Shown: positions 7,987 to 20,678, counted from the stretch's first letter. The stretch is DNA of 64,000 bases from Polyangiaceae bacterium (GCA_050287085.1 JBNKBE010000027.1:1-64000); one strand, 5' to 3'. A program made the numbers and translations. Notes: a model not told the origin generated them from the sequence alone.

Positions 7987-9651
7987 GTGCCCGACCTGCC
8001 GACGCTTCATCCGCGCGATTCAACGCGGAGCCAATCGGCTTGGGCTCGCTGGTTCTTTCTCCGCGACGGGTGGCTTCAGGTGGTTTGCCTGGGCGTGATG
8101 GTATTCTCTGCCGTCCAGATCCTGCTGTTTGCGCACGGTCGTGACCAAACGATCTACGCAACCGTAGCGGATGGAATACTGCATGGCGAGATGCCCTATC
8201 GGGATCGGTGGGACTTCAAGCCCCCGGGCATATTCCTCGTGCATGCGTTGGCACTCGCCTCCTTGGGCCAGAATATGTGGGGTGTGCGCTTGCTGGAGGT
8301 CGCGGCTATGGCCGCGATGGCCTATGCGTTCATCAAGCTCAGTCTTCGGTTTTGGGGTAGCGCGCTGCCCGGCTACCTGGGTTCCGCACTCGCCTTCTGG
8401 GTGCATGCCCAGCTGGAGTTCTGGCACTCCGGTCAACCCGAACTCTTCGGCGGGGTGCTAACGGCGTTGGGCTTGCTTTGGGCTACCAGTTTGGCGCGGT
8501 CCCTTTCGGCACAACGCGTCTACTGGTTCTCGTCGGGGCTGGCGTTTGGCGTCGCGTTCCTGATGAAGCCGCCGCTCGGCGGAGGCGCCCTGGTCTGCGC
8601 GCTGTACCTGATGCTGCAGCGCAAGCGCCGAGGGGAGTCGATGGCTGCGTGTCTGGCTCCGGCGGCAGTGGTTTGCGGCGGCGTGCTCCTGCCGATCGCC
8701 GCGTGCATCGTGTGGTTCTGGACACGCGGGGCCCTCGAAGACCTGGTCTGGACGCTCTTCCGCTTCACCCCGGGCTACACCAAGCTCGGCTGGAGCGACA
8801 ACGCGGCGGCCGCGTTGTACTTCGCGTTCACCTCGATCGGAACCAAGTTCTCTGCGCTGCTCCCGCTCGGCGCTCTCCTGGCCTTGGGGTTGTCTGCGCC
8901 GGTTTCGCTGCGCGAGCGCGAATTGGTTTGGCTGCTCTTGGCCGTCGCATCTCTGCATCTCGCGGGAATCGCCATGCAGGCCAAGTTCTTTCAGTATCAC
9001 TTTTCGGGCACATTGCCGTTGCTTGCGCTCTACGCCGGCCTCGGCTTTGCAAAGCTATGGCGCGTCGCCAGGCGACAGGGAGACGGCGGGGCGGTGGCGT
9101 TGCTCTCGCTATTCGTGTTGGCGGCGTCTGCCAAGGTCGCGGTGACCGACGTGCCGCACGGCTACGCTGAGCGTTGTAGGCGTCGAGTGGCGTTTCTATT
9201 CGGTAGCGGCGCGTATCCGACGCGAGCCGCGTTGGATCGTGAACTATACTACGTGGCCGACTACAACCTCGGGGCGAATCGGGATGTCGCCGCCAGAGTT
9301 CGCGCGTTGACGGCTCCCAACGACACGCTCTACGTGTGGGGTTTTGAGCCCAGCCTGTATCAGCTTAGCCAGCGCATGCCTGCCTCGCGCTATATCTACA
9401 ACGTGCCCCAGCGCGTGGCCTGGGAACGTGAACGCGCGATGGCCACCTTGTTGGCGGACCTTGCCCAGCGCCCGCCGACCGTGGTCGTGGTCCAGCGCAA
9501 CGACATCTTTCGCTTCGTCACCGGTGATGACTCGGATTCGCGGAGTGCGCTCGGGGCTTTTCCGGAGCTGGCTACGGACCTCGAACGCAACTTCGAGCTC
9601 GCGGGCGAAATCGAGGATTTTCAGATATTTCTGCGCCGGCCAACGACATGA
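7987..9651 (+). CDS. Multi-TM glycosyltransferase (GT-C, ArnT/PMT-like)
   Basis: DQ.IY....G.MPYRD.WDFKPPG loop motif and many hydrophobic helices. Confidence 0.75.
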   Translation: MPDLPTLHPRDSTRSQSAWARWFFLRDGWLQVVCLGVMVFSAVQILLFAHGRDQTIYATVADGILHGEMPYRDRWDFKPPGIFLVHALALASLGQNMWGVRLLEVAAMAAMAYAFIKLSLRFWGSALPGYLGSALAFWVHAQLEFWHSGQPELFGGVLTALGLLWATSLARSLSAQRVYWFSSGLAFGVAFLMKPPLGGGALVCALYLMLQRKRRGESMAACLAPAAVVCGGVLLPIAACIVWFWTRGALEDLVWTLFRFTPGYTKLGWSDNAAAALYFAFTSIGTKFSALLPLGALLALGLSAPVSLRERELVWLLLAVASLHLAGIAMQAKFFQYHFSGTLPLLALYAGLGFAKLWRVARRQGDGGAVALLSLFVLAASAKVAVTDVPHGYAERCRRRVAFLFGSGAYPTRAALDRELYYVADYNLGANRDVAARVRALTAPNDTLYVWGFEPSLYQLSQRMPASRYIYNVPQRVAWERERAMATLLADLAQRPPTVVVVQRNDIFRFVTGDDSDSRSALGAFPELATDLERNFELAGEIEDFQIFLRRPTT

Positions 9652-12600
9652 CGATGGATTTCCGAACAACGCCCTCCCGCGACTTCGAGTTACTGCTCGC
9701 CGTTGCGCTGGCTCAGCCTATCGCCCTGACGCGTCTCGTGAAGCTATGCCAGGCCCTCCGTTTGCGCGTAGACGATGAGCAGGGTTGCTCCAGCGATTCA
9801 TTGAAGACGAAGCTGACGTCGCTGGGGCGGGATTGTTCTGTTCGGCTATTGGGAGATGGCTATGCGTTAAGTCCAGAGCACCAAACGTTGGTGTTTCGTG
9901 AAGCGGCGCGGCGCGGCACATTGGCGGAGGTCGTGCCGGTTGTTCGTGGCTTGTTGGATGCTCATAGCTACTACGCATCGCGCAATCCGCGGACGGCGCT
10001 ATTCGAGTTCTACGTCGCGTTTCATCTCGAGCAGTATTCGGAAGCTCACGACAAGTTGATGTTGTGCGCGGAGCTCGCGCCCGCCTGGTACGCGGCACTT
10101 GCACCTCTCTATCAGGTGGTGTGCATGCCGTTCGAGGTTGAGGCGCTGGACCGTCTGCCGCCTGGGGTGCTCGGCTGGGTGTTGCCGCTTTTGTTGCAGC
10201 GGGCTCTGCGCGCAGGGACCTGTCCGGCGGGTCTTTACCAATGGCTCTGCGCGGCTGACGAGCGGCTCACGCACGAAGCCCTCTGCTGGTTAGGCGATCT
10301 GGCCTTCTTGCGCGCAGACGTCCCAACCCTGCAGCGCACGGAAACGCTGGTGCACAGGTCCATGGAGCGACATCGACAGGAGGGAATGCGCAGCTTCCTG
10401 GCTGGCGACGTGGCCCAGGCGCGGAGCTCGTTGGATCGTTTCTGTGAGGCGCTCAGGGGGCATTCCAAGCGCCGGGTAGTTCCGGCGGACGGCCTGGCAG
10501 GCGTGTGTCACGTCCTCGCGCTCTTGGCCAGTCCCGATCCTGACGATGAGGTATTTGCGCAACGCTACACCGCGGTAGCTCTGCGCGATCGAGACATCAT
10601 CTTCGCTGGGGCATTTGCCGTATTGAAGAACGTTGTGGCGCGGGCGCTCGACGAGCGCGTTTCGGTCGTCACACCCGCGGCCGTTGCGACGGAGCAAGAT
10701 TGCTTGTCTGCGTTGCTTCATGGCTTGTCGTTGATCTGGTTTCCATCGACGGCGCTCGAGCGCCGGCATGGCGCAGCGATCTTACGTGCCCGGATCGCCA
10801 CGTTGGATCCGGCGCTAGCGTGGCTGCGCGCTCAGTACGTCAGTGTGCTCGAACGGCTGCTCAAGGAACTGGAGGAAGACGATAGCGCCGCCGCATTGCC
10901 GCGTGTGGCGCTGACGATCCCACTGCATCCGATCGTCGATCTATTGAGCCAGGAACCGGATTGGGCTCTAGCGTTGGCGACGCTGTCCCGCTTGAGCGAG
11001 GCCGTGCAGGAGCCGGTCCAGGAGGATGAGCGGCGCATCATTTGGGTTGTCACTCCGACGACGCTCGAGCTTCACCCCTACCTGCAGCGCCGCAAAGGGT
11101 TCGGGGCCTGGTCCAGCGGCAAGAAGCTTCCGCTCAAGCATTTGCTCCCAGGGGGGGATGCGTACGAGCTGCTCACAGAAGAAGATAGACGTGTTCTAGA
11201 GCATCTCACTACCTCGGAGAACGCTTCGTCTCGCCGCCCCCGCGTAGGGCCGCACCTCCCGCGCGCTGCACTGGCGGCTTTGGTGGGCCATACGCATGTG
11301 TTCACGGCTGGCGACACCGAAACCCCGCTCGATGTGATCCGAGGTCATGTCAGTATCCGGGTCCGCGAGCACGAGGGCGCGCTGGTTGTCGAAACCGAGC
11401 CGCCGGCTATCGATAGTGAGGTGTTGGTCGAATTCAGCCTCCGGCGAATGACCGTGTTTTCCCTCAGTGAGGAGCAGTTTCGCATGGTGCGAGTGCTCGG
11501 ACAGCGCCTCCAGATCCCAGCGAGCGGCAAAGCCCAGGCCGCGAAGGTCCTCGCGCAGCTTACCGGCGCGTTCGTCGTGCAGGGCGACAGCCCGGGTGAG
11601 GGGCGCCTGGTCAAGGCTGATCCAACACCCTGGCTGCGATTGGTCCCCTCAGGGACCGAGATCTCCGTGCAAGCAACGGTGCGTCCCCTCGGCCCGCACG
11701 GACCCATCCTGGTTCCGGGAGAAGGGGGCAAGGTGGTGTCAGCGCGAGTGGCCGGGGAGCTGTTGGAAGCGGATCGCGATCTGAACGAGGAGCTCGAGCG
11801 GATCGATCGGTTGGAGGTGACTTGTCCGACGCTCTCCGAGGCCCATGTTGGGGGCTGCGAATGGGTGGTTGAAGGGGTGGAGAACAGCTTGGCATTGCTA
11901 GCTGAACTCAAAGAGCTCTCAAGCGAAGTGGTCGCGGAATGGCCCCGCGGGCGAGGAGCGCTGAAGGTGCGGGGAAAGGTGGGGCTGGGGGCCCTGAGCG
12001 GACGTGTCGAGCGCGAGCGCGGGTGGTACGTGGCCACTGCGGAGCTCGCCGTAGACGACGCGACTCAGCTGCAGTTGCAAGAGCTACTGAATCTGCATGA
12101 ACAAAGCTCAGGCAGGTTTGTAGCGCTTGAAGACGGGGGTTACCTGGAGCTGGAGCAGGAGCTGCGCGAGATGCTCGCGGCGCTTTCTGCGGCGCGCGAT
12201 AGCGGACGAAAAGATCACCGCGTGGCTGTGGCCACCTCAGCGCTGAATGTCCTTTCCTATTTTGGTGGCGAGCGCAGCGCGCTTGAGGGCGACGAGGCGG
12301 TGCGCACGCTTCAGGCGCGCGTGAAGGAGGCATTTGCCAGGCGATTCTCGCCGCCGCCGGGCCTGCGGGCTACGCTGCGTGAGTATCAGCAGGAGGGCTT
12401 TGAGTGGTTGTGCCGTCTGGCGCAATTGCGCTTCGGCGCCTGTCTAGCCGACGACATGGGGCTGGGAAAAACCGTGCAACTCATTGCGCTGATGTTGCAT
12501 GAACGCGAGCATGGACCTGCTCTGGTTGTTGCTCCGACCAGCGTGTGCTCCAACTGGCGCGATGAGATCGAGCGCTTTGCCGACGGCCTGAGTGTGCTCG

Positions 12601-13748
12601 AGTACCAAGGACCGGAGCGGGCCCGGCTGCTCGATCGCCTCGGACCGGGCGTGGTGCTGATCTGCAGCTACACCCTGCTGCAGCAGGACATCGACGAGCT
12701 GTCCCGGCATGCATTCCACATCGCAGTTTTGGACGAGGCCCAGTTCATCAAGAACCCGCAATCGCGACGGGCCAAAGCCGCTTTTACCATCGATGCTCCA
12801 GTCCGCATTGCCGCGACCGGTACGCCCGTGGAAAACCATCTTGGCGACCTATGGAGTCTGTTCCACTTCATCAATCCCGGATTGTTGCATTCCTGGCCGC
12901 AATTCAGTCGTCGATTTGTGCTGCCTATCGAAACTAAACAGAGCCAGGAAGCGCGTGCGGGGCTAAGGCGCCTGGTACAACCCTTCTTGCTTCGCAGAAC
13001 AAAGGCGCAGGTCTTGTCTGAGCTCCCTCCGCTTACGGAGGTCACCCTTCACGTCCCGCTGAGCCAGGAGGAGAAAGAGCTCTACGAGGCCTGCAAGCGC
13101 CAAGCGCTTTCCAAGCTGCAGTCGACAGCACGGGAACGCCGCGAAGATCCGCGGCGGCGCTTTCGTGTCCTTGCGGAAATCACCCGCCTGCGCCGCCTTT
13201 GCTGCGATCCGTCGCTGGTCTTGCCAGAAACCCATGCCGTGTCGTCCAAGCTGACGGCTTTTCTAGAGCTCGTGCAGGAACTGATCGACGGCGGGCATCG
13301 TGCGCTGGTCTTCAGTCAGTTCGTGGACGTGCTCGCCTTGGCTGAACAGCGTCTGAACGAGACTCAGATCGAGTACGAGTATCTCGATGGTTCGACACCG
13401 GCGAAGGAACGCCGCAAGCGCGTAGCGGCGTTCCAAGAGGGGAGTGCGCCGGTCTTCCTAATAAGCTTGAAAGCTGGCGGCTTTGGTCTCAACTTAACGG
13501 CCGCCGACTACGTCATTCACCTCGATCCGTGGTGGAATCCAGCGGCTGAATCCCAGGCTTCGGATCGTGCCCACCGTTTGGGCCAGGAGCGACCCGTCAC
13601 GGTCTATCGTTTGATCGCAAAAGACACGGTGGAGGACCGAATTCTCGCTCTTCACGAGCGGAAGCGGGAACTCGCCGACGCGCTGCTTTCTGATTCGGAT
13701 CGAGCCAGTCGATTGAGCGAGGACGAATTGCTAGAGCTCTTTGGATGA
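9648..13748 (+). CDS. SNF2-family helicase
   Basis: LADDMGLGKT, LDEAQ, TGTPVEN, LVFSQF, SLKAGGFGLNL, QASDRAHRLGQ. Confidence 0.95.
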   Translation: MTMDFRTTPSRDFELLLAVALAQPIALTRLVKLCQALRLRVDDEQGCSSDSLKTKLTSLGRDCSVRLLGDGYALSPEHQTLVFREAARRGTLAEVVPVVRGLLDAHSYYASRNPRTALFEFYVAFHLEQYSEAHDKLMLCAELAPAWYAALAPLYQVVCMPFEVEALDRLPPGVLGWVLPLLLQRALRAGTCPAGLYQWLCAADERLTHEALCWLGDLAFLRADVPTLQRTETLVHRSMERHRQEGMRSFLAGDVAQARSSLDRFCEALRGHSKRRVVPADGLAGVCHVLALLASPDPDDEVFAQRYTAVALRDRDIIFAGAFAVLKNVVARALDERVSVVTPAAVATEQDCLSALLHGLSLIWFPSTALERRHGAAILRARIATLDPALAWLRAQYVSVLERLLKELEEDDSAAALPRVALTIPLHPIVDLLSQEPDWALALATLSRLSEAVQEPVQEDERRIIWVVTPTTLELHPYLQRRKGFGAWSSGKKLPLKHLLPGGDAYELLTEEDRRVLEHLTTSENASSRRPRVGPHLPRAALAALVGHTHVFTAGDTETPLDVIRGHVSIRVREHEGALVVETEPPAIDSEVLVEFSLRRMTVFSLSEEQFRMVRVLGQRLQIPASGKAQAAKVLAQLTGAFVVQGDSPGEGRLVKADPTPWLRLVPSGTEISVQATVRPLGPHGPILVPGEGGKVVSARVAGELLEADRDLNEELERIDRLEVTCPTLSEAHVGGCEWVVEGVENSLALLAELKELSSEVVAEWPRGRGALKVRGKVGLGALSGRVERERGWYVATAELAVDDATQLQLQELLNLHEQSSGRFVALEDGGYLELEQELREMLAALSAARDSGRKDHRVAVATSALNVLSYFGGERSALEGDEAVRTLQARVKEAFARRFSPPPGLRATLREYQQEGFEWLCRLAQLRFGACLADDMGLGKTVQLIALMLHEREHGPALVVAPTSVCSNWRDEIERFADGLSVLEYQGPERARLLDRLGPGVVLICSYTLLQQDIDELSRHAFHIAVLDEAQFIKNPQSRRAKAAFTIDAPVRIAATGTPVENHLGDLWSLFHFINPGLLHSWPQFSRRFVLPIETKQSQEARAGLRRLVQPFLLRRTKAQVLSELPPLTEVTLHVPLSQEEKELYEACKRQALSKLQSTARERREDPRRRFRVLAEITRLRRLCCDPSLVLPETHAVSSKLTAFLELVQELIDGGHRALVFSQFVDVLALAEQRLNETQIEYEYLDGSTPAKERRKRVAAFQEGSAPVFLISLKAGGFGLNLTAADYVIHLDPWWNPAAESQASDRAHRLGQERPVTVYRLIAKDTVEDRILALHERKRELADALLSDSDRASRLSEDELLELFG

Positions 13749-14693
13749 ATCGTGGTCGACTCTCGCGTGCGCTCGCGCGGGGTTGATGCGCGCTAGGATG
13801 GCTTCCGTCTCCTGCCATAGACGCTCAGCCAATGCTTCGTCTTGAGCGTTGGGCTTGGGCTGTGCCTCGTTGCAGTCCCGTAGGTAGGCGCCGTTGTGGC
13901 GAGAGGCTTCAGGGTGTACAGCGGCCCAAACCTGCGTTGCTGCACCTTCTGCTGCGTCTTTGAGCAACAGGGCTGAAGCGATGCCGAGGGCCAGATTAGC
14001 GGCCGGACCTTGACTGCGTGCGATGTTGGTCTTGATGACGCCTGGGTGCAAGGCGTTTGCCACTTGACCCTTCGGCAGGCGCTTGGCCAGCGCCTTGGCA
14101 TAGAGCAAGTTAGCAAGCTTCGACTGTCCGTAGGCGACGAGGGGTCGGTAGTTGCGCTCGCCCGACAGGTTGTCGAACTCGATGCCAACACGGGGCGCGC
14201 GGCGATGGGCGTTGCTGCTGACGATGATGACGCGTCCGGTGGTTGTCAGGATGGGTAGCAGGTACTGCAGCAACAAGGCGTGCCCAAAGTGATTGGTCAG
14301 TAGCTGCAGTTCGATGCCGAGCTTATGCTGCCGGACGGGCAATCCCATTATTCCGGCGTTGCAAATAATCGCGTCCAGTCGGGTTCCGCTTCCGACGATC
14401 TGTCCTGCGCAAGCGACGATGCTTTGGGGGTCGGAGAGTTCACACGCTAGGGGCGTCGCGGACGGCCAGCTTGCGCTCGCCTCCTTCGCCTTCCGTAGAG
14501 TGCGAGCGGTACCCAAGACATGACAGCCGCGCAGTGCGAGGACGCGACCAGTTTCCCTTCCCAAACCAGAACTGCAGCCCGTCACCAGGACACTCTTTCC
14601 GCTTAAGTCGAGCCCGTCAGTGACTTGTTCTGCGGTTGAGCCGTAGCCGAACCCACTAGCACCCGCAGGCTTGAGTCGTGACAGAAGACTCAT
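13731..14693 (-). CDS. SDR oxidoreductase (retinol dehydrogenase-like)
   Basis: TGCSSGLG, CNAG, YGQSK, LHPG. Confidence 0.9.
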   Translation of the reverse strand: MSLLSRLKPAGASGFGYGSTAEQVTDGLDLSGKSVLVTGCSSGLGRETGRVLALRGCHVLGTARTLRKAKEASASWPSATPLACELSDPQSIVACAGQIVGSGTRLDAIICNAGIMGLPVRQHKLGIELQLLTNHFGHALLLQYLLPILTTTGRVIIVSSNAHRRAPRVGIEFDNLSGERNYRPLVAYGQSKLANLLYAKALAKRLPKGQVANALHPGVIKTNIARSQGPAANLALGIASALLLKDAAEGAATQVWAAVHPEASRHNGAYLRDCNEAQPKPNAQDEALAERLWQETEAILARINPARAHARVDHDSSKEL

Positions 14694-14985
14694 CGGACTC
14701 CACGCCCCAGATGCCGGTTGCTCAGCAGGGCGCCGAGGGTGCTGCGCTGCAGCGCTATCATCTGCAGAGGCATTCTTGGCCTTGAAGTAGCTCTAGGCGC
14801 CCAGGGATAGGAATGCGGAAGCATGCTGGGACTGTGCCCCATTGCATGCCGTCGTTACAACCTTCCGTCAGGTCTCCCGGCGGCGGCGGACGGCCAGAAT
14901 ACTGGGCCCGAGGTTCAGCAGCAGCTTGCCTCGCTTTGCACTAACTCGGCACCGGCAGCAGTGGCGGCTCTGGCACGGGCGCGCG

Positions 14986-16122
14986 CTAGGTACCAGCGCC
15001 GGGCGTGGCCTCTGGCAGACGCTGGCGTTCGAATTCCCCTCGCTCGTAGGCGGCAAACAATTGTCCCCACGGGTTGTCGTGCTTCCAGCTCTCGAATATT
15101 GCGCGATCTTTACTACGCCAGCGGTAGGCGTCATAATATATCTCGCTGCCCAGCGCGAGGGCGTTTACCAGGGGGCCGCGCAACAACGCCAGCCGAGTGC
15201 GTTTGAGCGGACCGCGCCACAGGGCATCACCCCAGCGGGTAATGCCGTTGTGTCTGCAGCTGAACCCCCAACACTCGTGGCTGATATCATCCCCAACCAG
15301 CTCGATGTCTCGGGGATCGGCCACGCCTAGGCCGCTTTCCTGAGCGAGTCGCAAGTAGGGGATCGCAAGTGGGTCGAAGCCCATCAGCCGGGCCGCGACA
15401 GCGTCCAGAGCCACGCTGCTTTGGGAGGCCAAGACGACATTCTTCTGAACCGGCTCCACCGTACGTGGACCGGCGCCGTTGCCCGCAGTGGTGCCATCGG
15501 CGAAGCATAGCCCGCCCGCACAGAGCTCCCGTTCAATCGCTAGAACGTCAACCAATGCGGCGTCCAGATCAGGCATCGTGGCCGTGCGTCGGTTTGACAA
15601 TAGAGCGGTGAAGCTCGCCAGCATGGCGCCGCCAAGAGTTGCAAAGGCGTGGCACTTCAGCGTCGGCAGATGCACCACGTTTTTCCCGATGAAGTACTCA
15701 GGCACGAGAATTCCGGCCGGAAATATCGTGTGCAGGACTCGGAGCGGGGTGCGAGGGCGGTATTCAAGCCAGCGCGTGTCGTGCGGATTGGCTGTCGACA
15801 GCGCGGGTACGTTGTAGCGATTGAGTATCGACGCGTAGACGTTGAGCTCTCGTGTCTTTTCGGGGTCCGTTGTCAGATCGCTGCTCTGCACGAACGAGAG
15901 ATCGTTGAAGCCGCGTCGTTGCAGCCCCAGAATCACCCCCTGCAGCTGCCAGGGGGTGGTGTTGACCGATGGAAATGGGAAATGCCACGACACATCCGGA
16001 TGCAAGATGGTCGCGGCACCTTCGTCCAGCCCATGACGGGCTGCGGAGAGCTCGAAGAGCTCGTCCGTCTTTGCTAGGACCGTTGCGGGCTCGACGCGCA
16101 AGACTGCGACGCGGGCCTTCAC
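14986..16122 (-). CDS. DUF362 domain protein
   Basis: TTPWQL, VHLPTLKCH, G.GP, VALDAVAARLMGFDP. Confidence 0.8.
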   Translation of the reverse strand: MKARVAVLRVEPATVLAKTDELFELSAARHGLDEGAATILHPDVSWHFPFPSVNTTPWQLQGVILGLQRRGFNDLSFVQSSDLTTDPEKTRELNVYASILNRYNVPALSTANPHDTRWLEYRPRTPLRVLHTIFPAGILVPEYFIGKNVVHLPTLKCHAFATLGGAMLASFTALLSNRRTATMPDLDAALVDVLAIERELCAGGLCFADGTTAGNGAGPRTVEPVQKNVVLASQSSVALDAVAARLMGFDPLAIPYLRLAQESGLGVADPRDIELVGDDISHECWGFSCRHNGITRWGDALWRGPLKRTRLALLRGPLVNALALGSEIYYDAYRWRSKDRAIFESWKHDNPWGQLFAAYERGEFERQRLPEATPGAGT

Positions 16123-16128
16123 AGCAGC

Positions 16129-17580
<1,452 letters not shown>

Positions 17581-17625
17581 TCAGTGCCGATCGAGGCCGC
17601 CCGCCATAGAGCCGTCCGCGGGTCC

Positions 17626-18687
17626 TTAGCCGCGGTCGTCGGGGGGCTCCGACGGCGTCGCATCTGCGCTGTGCAGAGCCGGCTCGCTCCCCGTTTGGCT
17701 ATTTCCGTCACGTTTCCTCTGCCTCCGGGCGTCTTCACGCTCGTAGGCCACGACGATGCGTTGCACCAAGGGGTGACGCACCACGTCGACGTCGGAAAAC
17801 CGGCAAATCGCGATGCCGTCGACCTCCTGCAGCAAGCGTACGGCCTCTTGCAGTCCGCTGGGAGCCCCACGCGGCAGATCGGTTTGGGTGATGTCCCCGG
17901 TGACGACCGCGCGTGAGTTGAACCCGAGACGAGTCAGGAACATGCGCATTTGCTGGCTCGTTGCGTTCTGGGCCTCGTCGAGGATCACAAAGGCGTCGTT
18001 GAGGGTACGCCCCCGCATGAAAGCCAACGGAGCGACCTCTATCTGTCCGCGCGCACGGAGCTGTTCGACCTTGTCGAAGTCCAACATGTCGTGCAGCGCG
18101 TCGTAAAGCGGACGCAGATATGGGTTGATCTTCTCTATCAAGTCGCCGGGAAGGAACCCCAGGCGCTCCCCGGCTTCGACGGCCGGTCGTGTTAGAACGA
18201 TGCGCTTGACCCGCTTGGATACGAGAGCTTGAGCGGCCATGGCCATAGCGAGGTAGGTCTTGCCGGTGCCGGCCGGGCCGATGCCAAAGGTCAATGCGTG
18301 TTCCCGCATCAGGGCCACGTAGTGACGCTGCATCGGGCTCTTGGGGACAACGGCCCGCCGCTTTGCGGAAATGACGATCGCCTGATCGAGGAGCGAGCTG
18401 AGGGTGGCGTCAGGGTTGCGTCGCAGACTCTCCAAGGAGCGCGCCACGTCGTGGTGCCCGATGGGCACTCCGTTCTCTACCAGCTGCATTGCTCCGGTAA
18501 GGAAGCGCCCCGCGACATCGACGTCGCCAGCGCTGCCGGCGAGCAGAATCGTATTGCCCCGGACGTTGACGAGAGCACCGCTCTGGCGGGCGACCTCACC
18601 GAGGAGCTCGCTTTGCGGCCCGGATACGGCGACCAGAACTGCGGGGTTGTCGATCTCGATGTTGGCGCTTGCGGGCGCGTCATTCAT
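17626..18687 (-). CDS. phoH: PhoH-family ATPase
   Basis: GPAGTGKT, RPAVEAGE.LGFLPG, AFMRGRT, LDEAQN. Confidence 0.93.
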   Translation of the reverse strand: MNDAPASANIEIDNPAVLVAVSGPQSELLGEVARQSGALVNVRGNTILLAGSAGDVDVAGRFLTGAMQLVENGVPIGHHDVARSLESLRRNPDATLSSLLDQAIVISAKRRAVVPKSPMQRHYVALMREHALTFGIGPAGTGKTYLAMAMAAQALVSKRVKRIVLTRPAVEAGERLGFLPGDLIEKINPYLRPLYDALHDMLDFDKVEQLRARGQIEVAPLAFMRGRTLNDAFVILDEAQNATSQQMRMFLTRLGFNSRAVVTGDITQTDLPRGAPSGLQEAVRLLQEVDGIAICRFSDVDVVRHPLVQRIVVAYEREDARRQRKRDGNSQTGSEPALHSADATPSEPPDDRG

Positions 18688-18903
18688 GCGGGGGCATTGC
18701 TTTCGCTGGAGCCAAACTTGGCCTCGGCCAGAGACGGCGAAGGGACAGGGCCGAGATCAGAAAACAGGTCGGGGGGGATAACTGGGTATGCTGAACGCCG
18801 AAGTCAGAGCGTAGCACGACTCCGCGGTTTGCGAACAGCCCGGCGCTTGCCCGGCTGTGACCTTGCCGCACCAGAACTTGGCCCGGGCCCCGCGCTTGGG
18901 GTT

Positions 18904-20154
18904 ATGCGCGACGCCATGACTTCCCTTGGCAAGTGGGCGGGCATTGGGCTAGCGCTTGGAGTCATCGCGGCGCTCTATCCCTTGATGAACGGTCACGTGG
19001 ACTCGCGTGCGCTGCTGCACAGCTTGAGCAAGACCGAACAACAGGTGGTGCCAACGCAGCTCTTCGAGGGGCTCGACCTTATCGATCTGGAGCTCCATCC
19101 GACGGGAGTTCGTGCCCCGGTGGCGGGCGGAGGGCAGGCCCAGCTCACCCTCGACCCCGAGTTGCAGCGGGCCGCCACGGCGGTGATGAAGCGCTACCAG
19201 CTACCCGAGGCGGGTACCGTGGTGCTTGACGTGAAGTCCGGCGACGTTCTGGCGTACGCCAGCTACGTCAACAAGGGTGCGCCTTTTGATGTGAATGCTC
19301 GCGCAGAGGCCCCGGCGGCGAGCGTTTTCAAGGTCGTAACGGGAGCGGCGCTGGTCGAATTTGCGGGTCTCAATGCGGAAAGTGAGCAGTGTTATCACGG
19401 CGGGCGGAGCGCCATTTCCGCGAGCGAGTTGAAGGACGATCCGGAGCGCGACAAGTGGTGTGCCTCCCTTGCGGCTGCCATGGGGCGCAGCTTGAATGTG
19501 GTCTTTGCTCGCCTCGCCAAGAAAGAGCTCAGCGTCGAGCAGCTCAACGAGATGGCCGGGGCCTTCGGGTTTGGAGCCCCGGTGCCCTTTGAGGCGCCAA
19601 ACCAAGCTCCCGGTATCGACCTGCCGGAGGACGATCCGGTGGAGTTCGCGCGTTCCGCAGCGGGGTTCTGGCACTCCACGCTGTCGCCGCTGGCGGGTGC
19701 TGTCCTGGCCCAGACCGTTGCAAACGGCGGAGTTGCGCTTGTTCCTCGTATCGTCGATCGCGTCACGGACGCCCAAGGCACGGAGCTCTATCGCGCTAGC
19801 GGGCCTCCGCGGCTACTGCGTCGCGCCATCCAGGAACAGACCGCCACCGAGCTCACGCGCATGATGGTCCAGACCACCCGCAACGGCTCGGCCCGCAAGG
19901 CGTTTTATGACCGCAAAGGGCGCCCCTTCATTCCGGATGTCGTGGTTGCGGGCAAGACGGGTACGCTTTCCCGCCATGCTCAGAACCGCCACTATACGTG
20001 GTTTGTCGGCTTTGCTCCGGCTGAAGCTCCGGAGGTGGCGATTGCGTCGCTGGTGGTCAACACCCCCGTGTGGCGGATAAAAGCGGCCAATCTCGCGCAG
20101 GAAGTGCTGGCCGCCTACTTTGACAAGCATCCTCACCAGGTTGCGACGCGTTAG
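18904..20154 (+). CDS. Penicillin-binding transpeptidase-domain protein
   Basis: N-terminal TM segment, SxxK (SVFK), SxN (SLN) and KTG motifs. Start set at ATG 18904 or 18916. Confidence 0.88.
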   Translation: MRDAMTSLGKWAGIGLALGVIAALYPLMNGHVDSRALLHSLSKTEQQVVPTQLFEGLDLIDLELHPTGVRAPVAGGGQAQLTLDPELQRAATAVMKRYQLPEAGTVVLDVKSGDVLAYASYVNKGAPFDVNARAEAPAASVFKVVTGAALVEFAGLNAESEQCYHGGRSAISASELKDDPERDKWCASLAAAMGRSLNVVFARLAKKELSVEQLNEMAGAFGFGAPVPFEAPNQAPGIDLPEDDPVEFARSAAGFWHSTLSPLAGAVLAQTVANGGVALVPRIVDRVTDAQGTELYRASGPPRLLRRAIQEQTATELTRMMVQTTRNGSARKAFYDRKGRPFIPDVVVAGKTGTLSRHAQNRHYTWFVGFAPAEAPEVAIASLVVNTPVWRIKAANLAQEVLAAYFDKHPHQVATR

Positions 20155-20426
20155 GCGGCGACGCGTTAGGCGGTCGTCCGCGGCGACGGCGGCACCCGGC
20201 TACAACACCCCACGGGAGCGCACTCCAGCCCCAGGCTGGCCCGTGCTGAATACTGAACGGGCGCTGAGCACCCGAGCAGGTGCCATCGCTTTTCGCGCAC
20301 TCTTGGACCGTCTCGGGCTACGGGAAAGCAGATAGATCTGAGCAGCTTGCCACTTTGCCTCAGATTTGATCGCACCCCGGCGATATGAAGGGTGCACTTC
20401 CTGCTTTGGGTTGCTAATCTAGCTAG

Positions 20427-20678
20427 GTGCAGGTCTTGTTGAGGAAGTTGGGCAGACGCTCGAGAGCTGTTGCAGGAAAGCTTGTAAGGGCTCCGCGCAA
20501 AGGCTCCGTCGTCGTAATTGAGTTTGCCGACGGAATGCATGAGTACGTGACGACTCCGGTCAAACGTGTGATGCGCGTGGCGGAGCGCGATGTCTTCTAC
20601 ATCGAGACCGCCAACAGCCGCTATCGCCTTGAGGTGCAGGACCCGCAGTCCAACCTCGAAGACGCGATCAGCGGCTGA
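20427..20678 (+). CDS. Hypothetical small beta-rich protein (83 aa)
   Basis: Compact ORF with protein-like composition (YVTTPVKRV, FYIETANSRYRL). Confidence 0.65.
   Translation: MQVLLRKLGRRSRAVAGKLVRAPRKGSVVVIEFADGMHEYVTTPVKRVMRVAERDVFYIETANSRYRLEVQDPQSNLEDAISG

Noticed and set aside
7805..8161. N-terminal extension of the GH43 ORF
   Set aside because: It overlaps the divergent glycosyltransferase, and the lipoprotein signal fits a start at 7804 or later.
18229..18903. Long N-terminal extension of the PBP ORF
   Set aside because: It is antisense to phoH, and the TM anchor begins after 18904.
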